The notes beneath the pieces are model-generated. The model had not been told where the DNA came from. It saw nothing but the letters and a program-made list of their open reading frames with translations, and searched no databases. Shown piece by piece: positions 1 through 15,435 of a stretch of DNA of 64,000 bases; position 1 is the first letter of the stretch, and every line of letters starts with the position of its first letter. A program made the position numbers and the translations under genes. The stretch lies in the NCBI RefSeq assembly GCF_009914755.1, contig NC_060928.1. One strand, 5' to 3'. This DNA comes from the human T2T-CHM13v2.0 reference genome, Homo sapiens.

Positions 1-312
1 GAAAGACCTAGGAAAGAGAAAGGTTAATTTGGCTGGTGTGGAGTATATGCAGAGAAGCAGCAGGAAATAATGCTGAAAATAGCATTTTAAAATTAATTAG
101 TTTATCAAGTGCTTAACTAACGCCAGGCAGCATTTTAGGAGCTGGCAATGCAAAGGTAAATCAGACAGGCCAGGTTCCTGCCCTCCCAGCGCCCACACTA
201 ATGCGGGCAGGAGCGTTACTAGGGAGAAAACAGAGATGTGATCGAATGGCGACGGAAGTGGCAGGAGTGTATCCCAGACCTGACGGACAGCTCTAGGACC
301 TATAGATCCTAG

Positions 313-1045
313 ATCACACAGTTTGGTTATGTGTCCCCTCTAAGTCTCATGTTAAATTGTAATCCTCAGTGTTGGAGGTGGGGCCTGGTGGGAGGTGATT
401 GGATCTCAGGGGTGCACGTCTTTCTTCCCCACCCCCGAAAGGGCCTCGTTTTGCTCTGTCACCCAGGCTGGAGTGCAGTGGCGCAACCACGGCTCCCTGC
501 AACCTCCGCCTCCTGGGCTCAAGTGATACTCCCACCTCAGCCTCCTGAGTAGCTGGGACCACAGGTGTGCACCACCACGCCAGACTAATTTTTTGTATTT
601 TTGGTAGAGACAGGGTTTCACCATGTTACCCAGGCTGGTCTTGAACTCCTGAGTAGCAATCAAGCAATCCGCCTGCATGGCCTCCCGAAGTGTTGGTATT
701 ACAGGCGTGAGCCACCATGCCCAGCCTCGGGGTGGATTTCGAATCGATGGTTTAGCACCACCGCCTTGCTCTAAATGCTGTCCTCCCGCTGACAGTGCTC
801 ATTTAAAAGTGTGTGGCGCATCCCCCTCCCCACCATCTCTCTTGCTCCTGCTTTTGCCATGTGATGTGCCTACTCTCCCTTCAGCTTCTGCCATGATGGG
901 AAGCTTCCTGAGGCCTCCCCAGATGCAGATGCCGGTGCTATGCCTCCTGTACACTGTAGAACCATGAGCCAATTAAATCTCCTTTCTTTATAAATTTCCC
1001 AGTCTCAGGTATTTCTGTACAGCAATGCAAGAACAGCCTAATATA
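313..1045 (+). mobile_element. MaLR solo LTR (MSTA/MSTB-like) interrupted by an Alu
   Basis: gtttggttatgtgtcccc...ggaggtggggcctggtgggaggtgattgga resumes after the Alu as ggatttc..atggtttagcacca and ends ccatgagccaattaaa...agcaatgcaagaacagcctaatata. Confidence 0.85.
436..726 (-). mobile_element. Alu (old, J/S-like) inside MST LTR
   Basis: ctctgtcacccaggctggagtgcagtgg...gattacaggcgtgagccaccatgcccagcc-type sequence; tail is eroded. Confidence 0.92.
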
Positions 1046-1379
1046 GATGATCAGGCAAAATCTGTCTGAACAAGGAATATTTAGAGCTGAGACAAGAAGG
1101 CTCGAAAGAGCCATCTTCCTGCACAGAGAACAGACATCCAGTTAAGAAGGAGTTTGGATCCTCAGTGCAGCAAAAGGAGGCCAATGTGGCTAACCAAGGG
1201 CACTAGAAAAGCTCTTGAGGAAATTCACTGAAACGACATATTATTTTAAGTACCACTTTTGCTGTTGTCATATACAAGTATCAGGGATGGGATCCAAGCC
1301 CTGCTCTCTAGCAGCACTGCAGGCAGGACTGTTTCACAATGCCGCCTTCACTTTTTCTGCTATGCCACCAACTTATACC

Positions 1380-1502
1380 TACCACTGGACTGTAAGCCCC
1401 ATGAAGGGAGGGAATCTTGTTTTATTTACTGTTATATTCCTGCTGCCTAGAACAGTGCTTAATACACGGAAATTGCTCAATAAATATCTGCCAAATGAAA
1501 GG
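1380..1502 (+). mobile_element. L2 3' end fragment
   Basis: ctggactgtaagccccatgaaggg...cctagaacagtgct...ctcaataaatatctg...aatgaa resembles the L2 terminus. Confidence 0.7.
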
Positions 1503-1590
1503 ACAATAAATATCACTTATTTCCTTCTCCCAAGAGTAGTCTAAAATGAGAGGTAGGGTTTTATAAAAACAAAACAAAACAAAAACAACA

Positions 1591-1963
<373 letters not shown>

Positions 1964-2131
1964 TTAGGTGTTTCCACCTTTCTCAGGTACAGGCAGTCCC
2001 TATCTTCTGCGTGCTCAGTCTCGGAACTTCTCTCATTATGATGTAACTCAGAAGCACCAATGCAGCAGGTTATCCATTTCTTCCAGAACTTCCCTCCTCT
2101 CACTTCCTCTGCTAAAATGTCTGGAAATGAC

Positions 2132-2420
2132 TTTTCTTTTCTTTCTTTTTGAGACAGGGTCTTGCTCTGTCACCCAGGCTGGGGTGCAGTGGTGCAATCA
2201 TGGCTCACTAGCCTTGAACTCCTGGTTGCTCAAGTGATCCTCCCACCTCAGCCTCCCAAGTAGCTGGGACCACAGGTGCACACTACTGTGCCTAGCTAAT
2301 TATTTGTAGAGACAGGGTTTTTGTTGCCCAGGCTGGACTTGAACTCCTGGACTCAAGCATTCCTCCTGCCTCAGCTTCCCAAAGTGCTGGGATTACAGGT
2401 GTGAGGTACCATGCCTGGCT
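2132..2420 (-). mobile_element. Alu (AluJ-like)
   Basis: T-rich tail then gagacagggtcttgctctgtcacccaggctgg...ctcaagtgatcctcccacctcagcc...caaagtgctgggattacagg. Confidence 0.93.
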
Positions 2421-2866
2421 AAAAGCGACTTTCTACTCCAACTCTAATTCTTACCACTATGATAGATTGACAAAAAGGAATAAATACTATTTTAAAAAGA
2501 AGTAGGGGAAAGGAGGGAAGGAAATAATTCTGGTTTTGGGGACTTGTATCTACCTCTCCTCTCTCCCTGTATATAACTGAATGACCGTTCTTGTTTCTAG
2601 CTTATAAAACCTCCTCCAGCCCCATTGCCCCTTCCCCTAGAGTTCACTCTGTCTAGCCTCCTTCAGGTGGGAAGATGGCCTCTAAACACTACTTTTGTAG
2701 TATAAAAACACAATTTCCATTCTGGAGTGCTTCTGCCCTTTGCAGATAAGGATCGACTATTTTCTACTTATGACGTTGCTTTTCTTTATTCAAGAGTCTT
2801 GAGCTCCACTGTCTCCAAGGGCCAGGTAGGAATGAAGAGAGCCAGATGCAAAATAGGCAGTGGTAG

Positions 2867-3560
2867 TGTTATAGTAGGTAGTCAGGCAGACATGATCAGG
2901 GCAGGAGAGGTCCCTCTCACTGCCACCAGGAATGTCAGGCGACCCTCAGGTCAGGCAGTTGTTATACTGTTTCTCTAAAATAATAACTGGTGTCAGCCAG
3001 TGCCAGGGAAAGGCAGTCTCCTAATAGATAGAAAAACCTGAAACTGGTGATAAGCAGCTTCCTGATAAGATCTCAGGAGTTGGGTGAGTGGGCTCAAGCA
3101 CGCGCATGAAGAGGCAAAATGGCGGAGTTCAGGTATGGTATGACCTAGGAATACTGGACTGGTAAGGGAGGAACACCTTAAGTGAGCATGCATAGAACTC
3201 CAGTAAACACATTGTGCATGCTCCCTCCGAAATGCTGGCAGGCCACCCGGCATGCGGACAGCCCACCCCAAGGGAAGAATCAGGGGAGAAGGGACGCAAT
3301 CTCCCGGAAAGCATGCCAACGTGTAAGACCCCAAGTCAAAGGTCAAACTGCACACTTGATCTCCCAAGTCACAGAGAGAGTAACCCCTCTTCCAAGGTTA
3401 CTTTACTTCCTTTCATTCCTGCTCAAAGCTTTTTAATAAACTTTCACTCCTGCTGTGTAACATTTGCCTCAGTCTCTCCTTCTGCCCCTCAAATTCTTTC
3501 TTCTGAGGAGGCAAGAATTGAGGTTGCTGCAGACCCAGACAGATTCCCCCGCTGGGAACA
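2867..3560 (+). mobile_element. ERV1 solo LTR (MER50-like)
   Basis: TG...CA termini (tgttatagtaggtag...gctgggaaca), internal AATAAA at 3435-3440, near-matching 4-bp flanks gtag/gtgg; resembles the recalled MER50 consensus. Confidence 0.8.
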
Positions 3561-3784
3561 GTGGGGCCACAGTGAGACCGGCAGCACTTGTGCCACCTGC
3601 AGGGGGGTGCTGCTTTCATGGTCAGGCTGTCGGCTGCAGGCCTTGGCCCTCTAGCTACTGGTGCGAGGCCTGGTTTTTCATAGAGTCCAACGGAAAAATA
3701 AGGCACGGAAGGAAGACTTGTTTCCTTCTTTTAAACTTTATTCCCTCATACTTACCCAGAAATTAAAAAAACAATGGAAATCTC

Positions 3785-4075
3785 AGGAGGAGGTTTCTCA
3801 GTAGAAGGAAAAGGGATGTATGGGGCAGTGGGAGGTGGAAGAAGGAGAGAGAAGGGGAGAAGGAAGGAGTAAGAGAGAAGGGAAAAGAAACGAAGGAGCA
3901 GGGAGAAGTGAGAAGAAAAGGGAGGAGGGGCAGACACTGGAAGCTGCAGAAATCACACAACAGTTTCCCAGTGAGCCAAGGAGAAGTAAGAAATCTTAAC
4001 TTGAAAGAAGAAGGGGAAGTGGGCTGGGGAGAGAGAAGGAAGAACAAAAGCAGCCATTGAAGGAGGAGCTGACCA
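3785..4075 (+). repeat. GA-rich polypurine low-complexity tract
   Basis: Long A/G-dominated stretch, e.g. gaaggagagagaaggggagaaggaaggagtaagagagaagggaaaagaaa. Confidence 0.8.
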
Positions 4076-5389
4076 GGTTCATCCTACATCCCTGACTCCT
4101 CTCATCAGAATTCCTGTCCCCCAACCATCGCTGGCCCTAACCCTGATGGGGTGAGGAGGGTCCAGGCACAGAAGTCACCTCCAGTGGCTCAGGAAGATCC
4201 ACCACTCCCTGTGGGAAGGGACACTGGGGCTCGCCATACCTCCAACCACCCCTGGCCTCCATTAGAATCCTCTGATGCCAGCCTCCACCACGGTGGGACA
4301 GACTTTGGAACACACAACCCATTTGGAAACCAGGCCTCCTGGAGCTTCAGAACGTTCGGTACAGAGGGACCTCATTGGCACTGTGACATTGGCAGGATGG
4401 CCCGGGGAGAACTCTCACTGAGGACAACTGGACAGCGCCAGCACACTGACCCAGCGACTGGGGACACAAAGAAACAGGTAGCACCCCATGAAAACATGAT
4501 AAGAAGTAGCCGATGGCAACTGAGTTGTGTACTCGTCTAATGGAGCTGCCCTCACACAACTAGTGCTTCAGACGCAAGATGGTGTGGGTGGAAGTCACCT
4601 TCATCCCAGAGAGACACTCAGAGAATCCACAGAGGCATGTGAAGTGCCACTAAGACTTCAACCCTCTCTCACTCTCGCCAACAGTCTGTGAACCAAAACA
4701 ATCCAAAGTTCAGATGCTGAGGACAGTAAAAGATCATCCAAAAACATTTTTTACTAGGCTACTACTTGAGGTAGTATAAGCAAGTCTTTAATATATGTTT
4801 AATTTTCAAATACCAGCCAAGATGTAAAAGAGAGTAATACTGAACCTTCATTTCAGATCTTATAAAAAAAGAAAAAAAAAGTCATTACAGGCTTCAGTGG
4901 GAGTTTTAATATGTGTAGTGAATTGATAAGAAATTTGAATACTTGCAGCGATCTGTAGCAATATATGATAAGCTATTTCAAGGTAAAATTGAATAATTAA
5001 TCATTTAATACATATTTGAAAAGTTTTGAGTTTATAATAAGAAAAGTTCTATGTTAATTTAAAGTATTAACTAATATCTTCACCCCAATGTTTAGTAAAA
5101 AATTAGAAAGAATGTTTCCTTTATTATTCCCTATTTCCCACCTTTCCTCCATCTCCAGTGATGCTAATACCGAAGAATAAGATCTTTGGGAACTTTCAGA
5201 TCTGTGTCACATTTGAAGGCAAACCCAAAGTTTTGTTCCTCTGTTTTAAATATTGCAATGTCTCTGTTCAGAAAAGCCATGCTTCATCATAAACTTCACA
5301 CTTCATCATAAACTTCATCCTCATAATTAGAAATGTAAACTTAGGAAGCCCCTTCACACTGATTAATAGATTGTTTGGTTCATTTTTTC

Positions 5390-5530
5390 AATAATTCATT
5401 TATTCAGCACATATTTATGGAGTACCTACTATGACTGAGGCACAGTGCCAGCTGCTAGAGATTCAGAAATGATTAAGACAGAGTCTGTGACTTCAGTGAG
5501 GTATGCCAGTGAAATAAGGCAGAGATACAC
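5390..5530 (-). mobile_element. L2 3' fragment
   Basis: attcatttattcagcacatatttatggagtacctactatg...ggcacagtg matches the reverse L2 end. Confidence 0.6.
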
Positions 5531-5959
5531 GTACTTAAGAGCTGGCAATGCCAGGTGGGAGGTGGTATAAACAGCCAAGGGTTGGTGGGAGAGCAAGGGA
5601 GGACCACGTCAGTGCACTCTGCCCTCAAGTGAGTGGCATCACTACTGCTCTTTACACAAAATGCCAGATTGCTGCCTTTGCTGTGGTGGAAGGTAGGAAA
5701 GCACGGGTAATGGCTCAGCGAAAGCATATAGAACATGTTCAGAAGACAGGAATGTGTAAGGCATTGGCAGGCAATGTGTGAGGCATGCTTTGAGTTTTCT
5801 AGTTCACACCTCACTGGGATCACAACAACATATAGCATGATAGGGCAGTCGCATCTCCTTTCTTAAAGTCCTCTCTTTCCTTGCGATCCATGTGACGACA
5901 TTTGTCCTTTAACTACTACCTCCAAAACGAGTTCAACATTTTTAACTTTAGTCAGGACA

Positions 5960-6848
5960 CCTCTTTAGCTTCTGACCTGTAGAAATAACTGCCTATATAA
6001 TACGTCTTCTTGGATAATTCTTCAAAGGCAAGTCAATCTTACCTTCAAAACTGGTCCCAGGCTCTCCCTTCCCCTGCCCTTCCAAACCTGAGTCTTCTTC
6101 CCTTATTCCCTATCCCAGTGAGGGGCACCAAATCCTTCCAGGCACTTATGGCAGAGGCTTGGAAGTCTTCCTAGACAGCTAATTCTTCCCCTGCTCCAGT
6201 CCTTGCCAATATCCAATTACTAGCAATTCTTGTTGATTTCACCTTACACTATCACCTGGATTCCCATCGCAGCCTCCTGTCTGGTCTCCCAACATCTGCT
6301 CTGACTCACTTCTAACCCATTTTCCATTCTGCATTTGGAGGGATCTTTTCAAGAAGCAAATCTGGAAATGTCACCCCATCACTTAGAACACTTCAATGGC
6401 TTTTCCACTGCTCTTAAAATAAAGAGCCAAGTCTCTGATGTGGCCTCTGAAACCCACAGGACCTGGCCTTAGGCTCCCCTCCAGCCACACTGTCTTGCTC
6501 TTAGTTCATTGAAGGCCCATGTTTCTTCCTGACACTGGGCCTTTGCACATGCTGGTCTCTCAGGCTAGATCAACTTTCCTCCTCGTATACTTCCTTCACC
6601 TGGGGAACACCAGTTTAATCATTCCCAAGGAAGACTTTCCTGACTAGATCAACCTCTCCCATTAACTGCTCTCAGAGCACTTTTCCTTTCAATACTTATC
6701 ACAATTATATTTTACTTATAAAACTCAGTATTTCTGTCTCTCTCATTAGACTGTATGTTCTATGAGAGAGGGATTTTTTTTCTCTCACTATTCTAAAACT
6801 ACTGCTTAGAATACTGACAACAGTTAATAAATATTCCTGGAATAAATG
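5960..6848 (+). mobile_element. L2 3' portion
   Basis: cagcctcctgtctggtctccc...cttcaatggcttt...gggcctttgcacatgctg...attagactgtatgttctatgag...aataaatatt. Confidence 0.75.
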
Positions 6849-7449
6849 CAAGATGAAGCATGTATGCATATGCATTTGGCCATCCTCTGTAACTTACTGA
6901 TTTCCCTAAAAAATACAGGGTCTATCATGGTACCCAGTGATGGAGCTACCACATCAAGCTCTCTTTTTGATGCAATTTGACCAAAAGGCTTTATATAATT
7001 TCCAATTGTTTCCCCAGAATAGTATCCACCCTAGCCCCTTGAAAAACACAGCTTTGCTCTATTCTTTCTAGTTGAGAGAAAGAAACCCTACAGAAGTCTG
7101 GGTTGGGTTGAGGTCAAAAGTTTTAAGAACAGAGAACAAAATGTTCATTCTAATAATTACATCAATAACATTTAACTACTTTTAATATTAGAAAGCATTT
7201 ATCTTTTGTTGTTTCCATTTTATCTGTATCAATATTTTCTAGAATAGACAAATACACAAAGCTTATATGACCTTTTCTTTTTTTTTGTTTCTTATTTATT
7301 TCTAAACCCCTTTAAGTACATTATTCCCAGCCTTCAAATATAAGGTGCTTTCCCCTAAGTTCCATTTACGAAAAAACATTCTTACAATTCTGTAATTGTT
7401 TGGAGCCCTTTGTACTCAGATATTTACAAACAATTAAAAAGTAATAAGT

Positions 7450-9100
7450 GACACCAAAGAAAAGGCAACAAAAGAAGAGATTTTGACTTCACTACAATTA
7501 TAAATGCTTGTGCATTAAAGGACACTTTCAATAGAGTAAAAAGGCAAGCCACAGGTTGAGACACATATTTACAAACCATGTATCTGATAAGGGTTTAATA
7601 TCCATAATATATAAAGAACTCCTACAACTCAAGTACAAAAAGACATACAATCCAATTAAAAAATGAGTAAAGAACTTACATGAACAGTTCTACAGAGGAG
7701 ATATACAAATGGCTCATAAGCATATGAAAACATGTCCAACATCATTAGCCATTAGGGAAATGAAAATGAAAACCATAGTGAGATACCACGTCATGCCTAC
7801 TGGGATGGCTAGTTAATAAAAAGAAAAAAGTGCTGGCAAGGATGCAGAGAAATTAGAACCCTTGTACATTGCTGCTGGGAATGTAAAATGGTGCAACTGC
7901 TGTGGAAAGAGTGTGGTGTCTCCTTAAAAAGTTAAACACAGAGGCACCATATGCCTAGGGATTCCAATTCTAGGTACTGAAAGAACTGAAAGCAGCATCT
8001 CAAAGATATATTTATATACCCATATTCAGTGCAACGTTATTCATAATAGTCAAAGGTGGAAACAACCAAACTGCCCATTAACGGATGATTGGATAAAATA
8101 TTTGCTGTAGTCATGTTCTATAAAGTCACAGCAAACACTGAATTAGCAAATATTCAACTATTCCTCCTAGGGGAAGTTTGGGGTAATGGTCCTTACAACC
8201 TCTGGTTACATTTCATCAACTGATCTATACCTAATTTTGTTTCGTGTGTATTTCTGTTTAAAGACATCTTACTTAACATATATTCCTAGTTTGTTAACAT
8301 TGAACTATAGCCAGCAGAACCATAACTCATGCTTCAGTAATGATTATCTGACACACCTATTTTCTCTGTGAGGCGCATCATAGCTTTCTTGAGCTAAAGA
8401 ACACTAGCTAGCACTTCAGCACTACGTCTAGGGGCCAGCCATCTTAAACGGTGAAATCACCAAAAGGCATAAAAATGCAAAACATGTGGCAATAAATAGA
8501 CTGTGAAAAGGATGACAGTTTATAGCATGAGAGCTGAAACAAGATGGCGGAGTGGTCCCTTGTGTGAGCTCAGCTGCAATGTGCTCTCTTGGCAACTCAA
8601 ATTCTTTGTTACTCTGCATTTGTCTGTAAATGACCATGAATATCCTGTGAGTATTGACTTTGAGATTACAAATAAATGCAGTCAGTAAGCAAATATGCAA
8701 CTACAGAATCCACTAATGAGGACTGACTTGATATATCTATGATGGAATGTTATTCTGCCATAAAAAGGAATGGAATTCTGATACATACTAAATATGGATG
8801 AACATTGAAAACATTAGGCTAAGCAAAATGAGCCAGGCACAAAAGGACAAATATTATATGATTCCACTTATATTAAATATATAGAATAGGTAAATTCATA
8901 GACTAGAGGTTACCAGAGGCTTAGGGGAGGGGATAAAGGGGAGTGATTGTTGAATGGGTTTAGAGTTTGTTTGGGATGATGAAAAGTATTGGATGTGGAT
9001 AGTGGTGATGGTGGCACAACAATGTGAATGTAATTAATGCTACTGAGTTGTATGCTTAAAAATGAAAAATTTTATGTTATACACATTTTATGACAAAAAT
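7450..9100 (+). mobile_element. Old L1 (L1MB-like) 3' end, split by MER82
   Basis: ORF2 C-terminal relic (tatctgataagggtttaatatcc, gggaatgtaaaatggtgcaactgctgtggaaa) and L1MB-type 3'UTR (gatagtggtgatggt..cacaacaatgtgaatgt). Confidence 0.85.
8099..8730 (+). mobile_element. TcMar-Tigger DNA transposon (MER82-like)
   Basis: gtagtcatgttctataaagtcac..aacactgaattagcaaata...cagcacttcagcactacg...aatgaggactga; L1 sequence resumes on both sides. Confidence 0.8.
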
Positions 9101-10395
9101 TAATAGATGTATTAATAAGATTAAATGGGTTGTTTTAATGTTCTGTTAAAATCAAACGCTGAGGGCATTAATAGAGATTCTTATTTACTCACGTCCTTTT
9201 AAAACAAGAACCCTCTTTAATATGTGTTTTCTTCTGGTTTATAGAACATATTTTAAAACGGGCTTACTATTCAATAATATCAATTGATTATTGAGGAATA
9301 CAAGTTAATTAAATTGTGCAAGTCAGTTGTTTGGCCTTACTTCATGCTTTTGGTGAACACTGATGCAGTACTAGAATTACTCTTTTTGATAAATTGCCAA
9401 AAGCAGGCCACCTCGAGAACCAACAACTGATGTTTCTAATTTATGTTTGGAATAAAATTGTCTTTGCAGTACATCACATGTGGGCGAACTGGTACTCTTA
9501 GGTAAATTACTACTGGTACTACTGAGGTGTGTTGGCACTATCTGTCTATACTTTTCATCTTTTGCATTACTTTTCTTGCTTTCATCACCAACCTATTTCT
9601 CATCTGCCTCCTCCCCTACTGAAACCCCTGTTTTCCTATTGCCAGAGAGAGCCATCTGTCAGAATATGGCTGTAGTTACTATCATAATTCAAATATTCCC
9701 TTTTAAGTATTTCTTGACCCAACAATTACAAAGAAGCACTGCTAGATACAAACATAAATAAAATGTGCTAATGAGGAATGCAAACAGTATTAAAATGTAA
9801 ACTTAAAATAGGAAGGAATTTGTGGCCAAAGAAAAACTGATTACGATTCTTTCAGTCTTTTAAAATGCATCATAAAACTAAAAATGTTTTGCTACAGAAT
9901 AACAGTTTGGCTTCTTTTATGATGGCAAAGAAGGGTAATTACGATTGTCATGAAAACACATTGAGCAGCTGTATACTGTTAACAAAAGAACCATTATATG
10001 AGCTCGTAAAAGCTGGCACTTTATATATTCACATTTCCTAGAAATTAGATTGTCTTCCCAATTGGAGTCGATACCAAAAGAGACTGTTTTCTATTAATTG
10101 TGGCTTTGTACCAGTCAATTTTCAGAGCCAACTGGATCATCTTTCTTTTGGGATATATCCCACATATTATTATGTGGAATTTATATATACTGATTTATAT
10201 ACACTCAGAAGCATACAGTATAATGTTGCAAAGAGTAATTTTTTAAGTTCCCAGAGATCTGTAAATTTTTAACGTTAAAAAATGCCAGTTTCAGTAGATT
10301 CTTTCACCAACGTACATCTGTTTAGAAATTATTGAAAGAAATCATAACGCATAACTCTGCAGTTTATTTTATGAAGGCTAATTAATAGGTACTTA

Positions 10396-10557
<162 letters not shown>

Positions 10558-11107
10558 TTAATCACAGAAATACACTTAGCATTTAAGTACATTCCAGGAA
10601 GATGCTTCTTAAGTCAACCCCAAACAGCCACCTTTCTTTCACTTTTCTCTTTTCTGACAGACTCAAATCAATTCAACAGTCATTTACAGAGTGCCCACCA
10701 CTGGCCCAGTCCTGTTCCACATTTCACTTTAAATTCATCCTAAATTCTAGATGAGGGTAAACTGCCAGGGCAAACTAAAATTGCAAAGTTCAGCAAGTTT
10801 CAGTGTGGATGACAGCCTAAAACCCTTGGTTAGATTGAGAGAATTTGTATTAACCTGTAAAACTTGCTTCGTCCCACCCACAATTAATAACACTAAAATA
10901 AAGGGTAATTTAATAACTGTCAAACCCTGTGTATCTGCAATAATGGTGGGAGATTTCATTGTTCATGAGTTTGTGGTGCTTAAAAAATGAGCATGTGGTG
11001 CCTCCTATGGTCCAGGTTAATACCAGACTTTGATAAAGTTCTATGGTAGAACATGTTTCCCTGGCACCTGTCCTCCCTGCCTGACAGACTCAAGCTCTTC
11101 TTTTGTT

Positions 11108-11404
11108 CTTTATTTTATTTATTTATTTTTTAAGATGGATTCTCATTCTGTCGCCCAGGCTGGAGTTCAGTGACATGATATTGGCTCACTGCATCCCAGG
11201 TTTCAAGCGATTCTCCTGCCTCAGGCTCACAAGTAGCTGGGGTTACAGGTGCCTGCCAGGACGCCCAACTAAATTTTGTATTTTTAGTAGAGACAGGGTT
11301 TCATGATGGTGGCAAGGCTGGTCTCAAATTCCTGACCTCAAGTGATCTGCTTGACTCAGCCTCCCAAAGTCTGGGATTACAGGCATGGGCCACTGCACCA
11401 GGCC
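11108..11404 (-). mobile_element. Alu in intron 5
   Basis: Diverged Alu dimer flanked by TSD-like ttcttttgtt on both sides. Confidence 0.92.
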
Positions 11405-11942
11405 TTCTTTTGTTTTTTATCACCTCCCCCATCTCCAGGGGCATCATGTTATTTTTCTGCCTGTGGAGTTTCACTGGGCAAGCTCCTCTTCAAAGAATCA
11501 GTCAGTGGAGCTTTCCCCAACTTTTACAGCTGCTGTCTGACCACAGGTAATCTAAGAAACTGCTTTAGATTAATGAACTGGGACAATGTAATGGCAATTT
11601 CTAAGTGATGTTTCTGTAGATTAAGAGGGGCCTTATTAATTAAATACCATGAAACAAAAAAAAATGACTAAAATAGGAATTCCAGGGACAATTTAAAGGG
11701 TGCTGGGGGCCAGGTGATTATTTTTTAGACAGAAGAGTCATTCCAGGTCTCTTACAACTTACTTGCTAGGCCTTGCCTTACTTGGTCTACACTTAGATTA
11801 ACCCTCGTTATGAGCCGCTAATAATGTGCTCAACTTGTGATTTCATGAACAGAATGTATTTTACCTTATTAATATTTTTGGATGAAATTTTCCATTTTGA
11901 TCAACATAAGAAGTGTATGTCATTTTTTTTATTTTTAATTTC

Positions 11943-12252
11943 TTTTTTTTTTTTTGAGACAGAGTCTCACTCTGTTGCTCAGGCTGGAGTATAGTGGTGG
12001 GATCTCGGCTCACTGCAGCCTCTGCCGCCCAGGTTCAAGCGATTCTCCTGCCTCAGCCTCCTGAGTAGCTGGGATTACAGGCACCTGCCACCAAGCAGGA
12101 CTAATTTTTGTGTTTTTAGTAGAAACGGGGTTTCACCATCTTGGCTAGGCTGGTCTTGAACTCCTGACCTCGTGATCCATCTGCCTCAGTAAGCCACCTG
12201 CCTTGGCCTCCCAAAGTGCTGGGATTACAGGCGTGAGCCACTGCGCCCAGCC
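11943..12252 (-). mobile_element. Alu (AluS) in intron 5
   Basis: polyT then gagacagagtctcactctg...gagccactgcgcccagcc; approximate TSD gtat(c)tgtcatttt. Confidence 0.95.
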
Positions 12253-12423
12253 GTATCTGTCATTTTAACAATAAAATCCTTAACCCTGCATTCTCGGAAG
12301 AAATGAGCACATTAACCATATTTTTCCTATACACTTGATCAATTTGTTATCAATTTAAAAAATCTGATATCAGGATTTCATAGAACGCAAACTCCTCCTG
12401 CATGGTTGGAGATGGCGAAGTCA

Positions 12424-12933
<510 letters not shown>

Positions 12934-13120
12934 TCAATAGGAACATGACCGTTTATTCCACTAAGAGAAAATATATAAAGCTCAATTATTATTACTTACT
13001 ATTGGTATTAAGAGAACAAACTCCTTCCTTCTTTCATTCATTTTTACAAGTCTTCACTGCCTGTCTCCTATAAGAGACTGTATAAGCTGCATAGGAACCC
13101 AGCTAATATGTTCAGTATAA

Positions 13121-15243
<2,123 letters not shown>

Positions 15244-15257
15244 CCCAAAAATGGCTA

Positions 15258-15435
15258 AAATTTATTGAATGCTTACTAATGCCAGGCACTGTTCTAAATG
15301 CTCTATATAAATTAACTAATTTAATAATTTTATGAGTAGATTCTATTATGATTCTCATCGTAGAATAAGGAAACAGAGACCAGAAAGTTTAAGAAATATA
15401 AGATCACACATCTTGTGTATCTGAAATAGAGTTTA
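15258..15435 (-). mobile_element. MIR
   Basis: atttattgaatgcttac...ccaggcactgttctaaatgct...aggaaacagagaccagaaag...aagatcacaca. Confidence 0.7.

Noticed and set aside
4151-4540. 129-aa ORF as a nested gene
   Set aside because: GTG start, no recognisable domain and no splice or promoter support.
5731-5740. p53-type half-site GAACATGTTC
   Set aside because: Single decamer with no adjacent second half-site; expected by chance.
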